A stretch of 64,000 nucleotides of DNA from Camelus ferus (taxonomy: Eukaryota). The position numbers were made by a program, and so were the translations under genes. This document shows, one piece after another, positions 61,740 through 64,000 of the stretch. Position 1 is the first letter of the stretch, and every line of letters begins with the position of its first letter. The notes under the pieces were generated by a model. That model saw nothing but the letters and a program-made list of their open reading frames with translations. It did no database searches and was not told the DNA's origin. Where the stretch lies: the NCBI RefSeq assembly GCF_009834535.1, contig NC_045709.1:26970001-27034000 (forward strand), read 5' to 3'.

Positions 61740-62138
61740 GACCAATGGGAAAGTGTTTTCAGTTTCGCCAGGCAGGCCGCACGCTTGTCCCTTGTACTAT
61801 AAATAAGAGAGTCAGCGAAGTCACCCGCGGTGTTGTACGCTGGAATTACTTCCTGTCTGAGGTCACTAAAGCTTATTCTGGATCACAGGTTAATGACCCA
61901 ACGGTTTCTTTGTAGAAGGCATGAGCTGTGCGGGAGCGTGTGTGCTAATGATGTCAGCGGCTAATTCAGCTCCTCTGTTCCCTAGGTCTGGGTCTATTTT
62001 GAGCAAATGATACCAATAAAGTTGATAGGAGAGGCGGAGAGCTTTGCCCGCGACGCTGGCACTTGAGTGGCCCCGTGGGCTTTTCTGCACCAAGCAAAGA
62101 AGTCTGGCTTTAGTCATGAGAAACGCTCAGTGACAAGG
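61740..62138 (+). promoter_or_regulatory. Candidate TATA promoter/enhancer with first exon
   Basis: CCAAT (61742), GGGAAAGTG, ISRE TTTCAGTTTC (61757-61766), TATAAAT (61798-61804), ETS ACTTCCTG (~61848), donor AGG|GTAAGA (62138/62139). Confidence 0.4.
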
Positions 62139-63189
62139 GTAAGAGGAGGGCCCCCGAATATGAGGCACCAATAACCCAGAAAGAGGCGAAGGAAGGGTGC
62201 TGTGAGCGAAAACCCCAGGGGATGACTGAATCCAGAAACACAGTGAAAAGTAAGCCAGCTGGAGCTTCACTTTGTGTTCTGCTTAAGCCTAACGATGCTC
62301 TGCCTGGAGACGGGGGCACGGAACAAAGGGCGCCTGTCAGCGCTGGCGTGCCCCGCCACAGCCTTCCTGGCCTTCGGCCTTCTCGAGGAACACGGACACT
62401 TTCAGACTGGCGTAATGGCCTGTGACGGGGCATTCTTGTAGACTTCCCGTCTTTCCAGATTATTGGCAGGGCAAAATGCAATTCCTAGGATGGGGAAATC
62501 TCCGGACATTGTGACACTTCGAAACAAATGTTCGCCCTCAGCCTCTGAGGTGCTCCGGGCTTCCCCGGCATTATGTCATCATGCAGACCCGCAAGTCCCA
62601 CACTTTCTCTATGAAAAGTGCTACCCCTTGAAAAGAGTGCCTGGTCCCAGCAGTTTCACTGGGAATCCCTTCCAAACTTCAGGGTTCCTGCTGCTGCTAT
62701 TTAAACCTTTCCAGAGCTTTGAAAAGACTTCTTCTTTTTTTTTTTTTTTAAATAAAGTCAACAGAAGTACAGTATCGAAATGTGATGAAAATACCGCCCA
62801 GGTGCAACCACACACACTCAAAACTCAGACTCATCCAAGTGCATCGATTTACATTCATGTATTAAAGCCATACTTACAACAACAGCAGGTAAAATCAAGG
62901 TGCATCTAAAAGATGATTCTTCGTGACCAAGCGTGAGGAGCCACGTGTACAAAGAAAGCTTTCAATTAAAAAATATATACCATACAAGTGGGTCAGGGGA
63001 TAAGGAAGAGTTTACTGACACAGGAACAATCTCTAAGGCTTGAGAATTTAATTACTTAGCAAGGATCATGAAGATGGAGGCGACATTGCAAGGAAACTCT
63101 TGAAATCTTTTTTTAAAATACGTATTTGTGCACACGTATGTGCTATTAATAGGTAATATGCTGATTCTACCTCAGTATTAAGAAGATAA

Positions 63190-63920
63190 GACAACTAATT
63201 AAAACACCGGAAGATCTGAAGGGCACTTTACAGAAGAAGACGCACAGATGGCCAACAGGCACGTGAAAAGATGCTCAGTGTTACCAGTCACCAGGCAAAC
63301 ACAAGGTAAAGCCACTGTGAGGTACCAACGCACACCCACTGGAAAGTCTGGAATCCTAGTTTCCTCACCTTTCTTTGCCGTCTCCTCCCCCTTTTATCCC
63401 AGACGACGACCCATCTTTTTCTGACGCTGCAGACTGGCTCACCTCGATAGAGTTTTGTATGAACGTGCCTTCTTTACTCCTTCGTGTCTGGCTCCTTCTG
63501 CTCAGCAAAGCGATGCTGGGGGTCACTCACCTGGCTGTGTGTGTATGGACTTTATTCCTTTTCACTGGTGAGGAGCATCCCATTGTACAGATACATCCAC
63601 GTTTGTTCACCTTGCTGATGGGCATGTGGGCTGTTTCTGGTTCAACTCGAACACAAATAAACTTGCTGCAAACATTTGTGTACAAGTCTTTGCGGGGCAC
63701 AGGGTTTTGTCTCTGTTGGGTGAATGTCTAGGAACAGAACAGCTGGGTGACGAGATGGAGGTATTTCTAACTTTTAAAGACACTGTTAAACAGTTTCCCG
63801 AAGTATTGGACTGATGTCAACTGCAATGCCTCCCACCCAATCACGCTCAGGCTCTCTTGAACTCACCCCACAAGGTTTTTAATCCTCAACACCCTGTTTA
63901 AAGTTTCTTGCTGTCAAATC
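63190..63920. mobile_element. Ancient L1M(B/E) ORF2-3' region in two oppositely oriented pieces
   Basis: Sense piece at 63190-63350 (acagaagaagacgcacagatggccaacaggcacgtgaaaagatgctca); antisense continuation at 63375-63920. Confidence 0.65.
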
Positions 63921-64000
63921 GATGCTTTTGCAATATAAATTGGGTCATATCCCGCCCCTGCTCAGCAACCTGCCGCGGCTTTTGTTGAACGTGGAACCAC

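Noticed and set aside
412-61900. GTTAATGACCCA shared between ~412 (minus) and ~61889 (plus)
   Set aside because: Many 12-mer matches are expected by chance in 64 kb.
1-64000. Prokaryotic-type systems (CRISPR arrays, operons, defence loci), NUMTs or processed pseudogenes
   Set aside because: No spacer-repeat arrays, gene-dense ORFs, mitochondrial sequence or recognisable retrocopied mRNA seen.

Overview
Mammalian non-coding genomic DNA, most likely camelid: it carries a Vic-1-type tRNA-derived SINE and young cetartiodactyl-type L1 3' ends. I found no protein-coding gene I can recognise. The listed ORFs are GC-rich chance ORFs or transposon remnants; only the L1 ORF1/ORF2 remnants are recognisable. 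The main landmark is a CpG-island promoter at about 8.5-9.45 kb with a TATA box, GC box and CRE-like sites, and strong splice donors pointing both ways. This fits a gene running left out of the window plus a possible divergent spliced lncRNA; I cannot name the gene. The remaining ~55 kb looks like a GC-rich regulatory desert. It holds old and young L1, L2, L3/CR1, MIR, MLT1/MLT2 and ERV1 LTRs, MER20/MER3, several orphan CpG islands next to AT-rich motif-dense blocks, and a 133-N assembly gap. The most notable structures are: (i) an inverted pair of MLT1 LTRs sharing a ~150-bp stretch at ~83% identity, (ii) a twin-primed 5'-inverted L1 with its target-site duplication, (iii) an L1 5'UTR-ORF1 fragment with no 3' end, (iv) a distal CCAAT/ISRE/TATA promoter-like element with a strong donor at about 61.7-62.1 kb, and (v) a tandem POU/octamer array. 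I see no convincing evidence of a wholly new biological system. Repeat family names come from my recall of consensus sequences and need RepeatMasker/Dfam confirmation.
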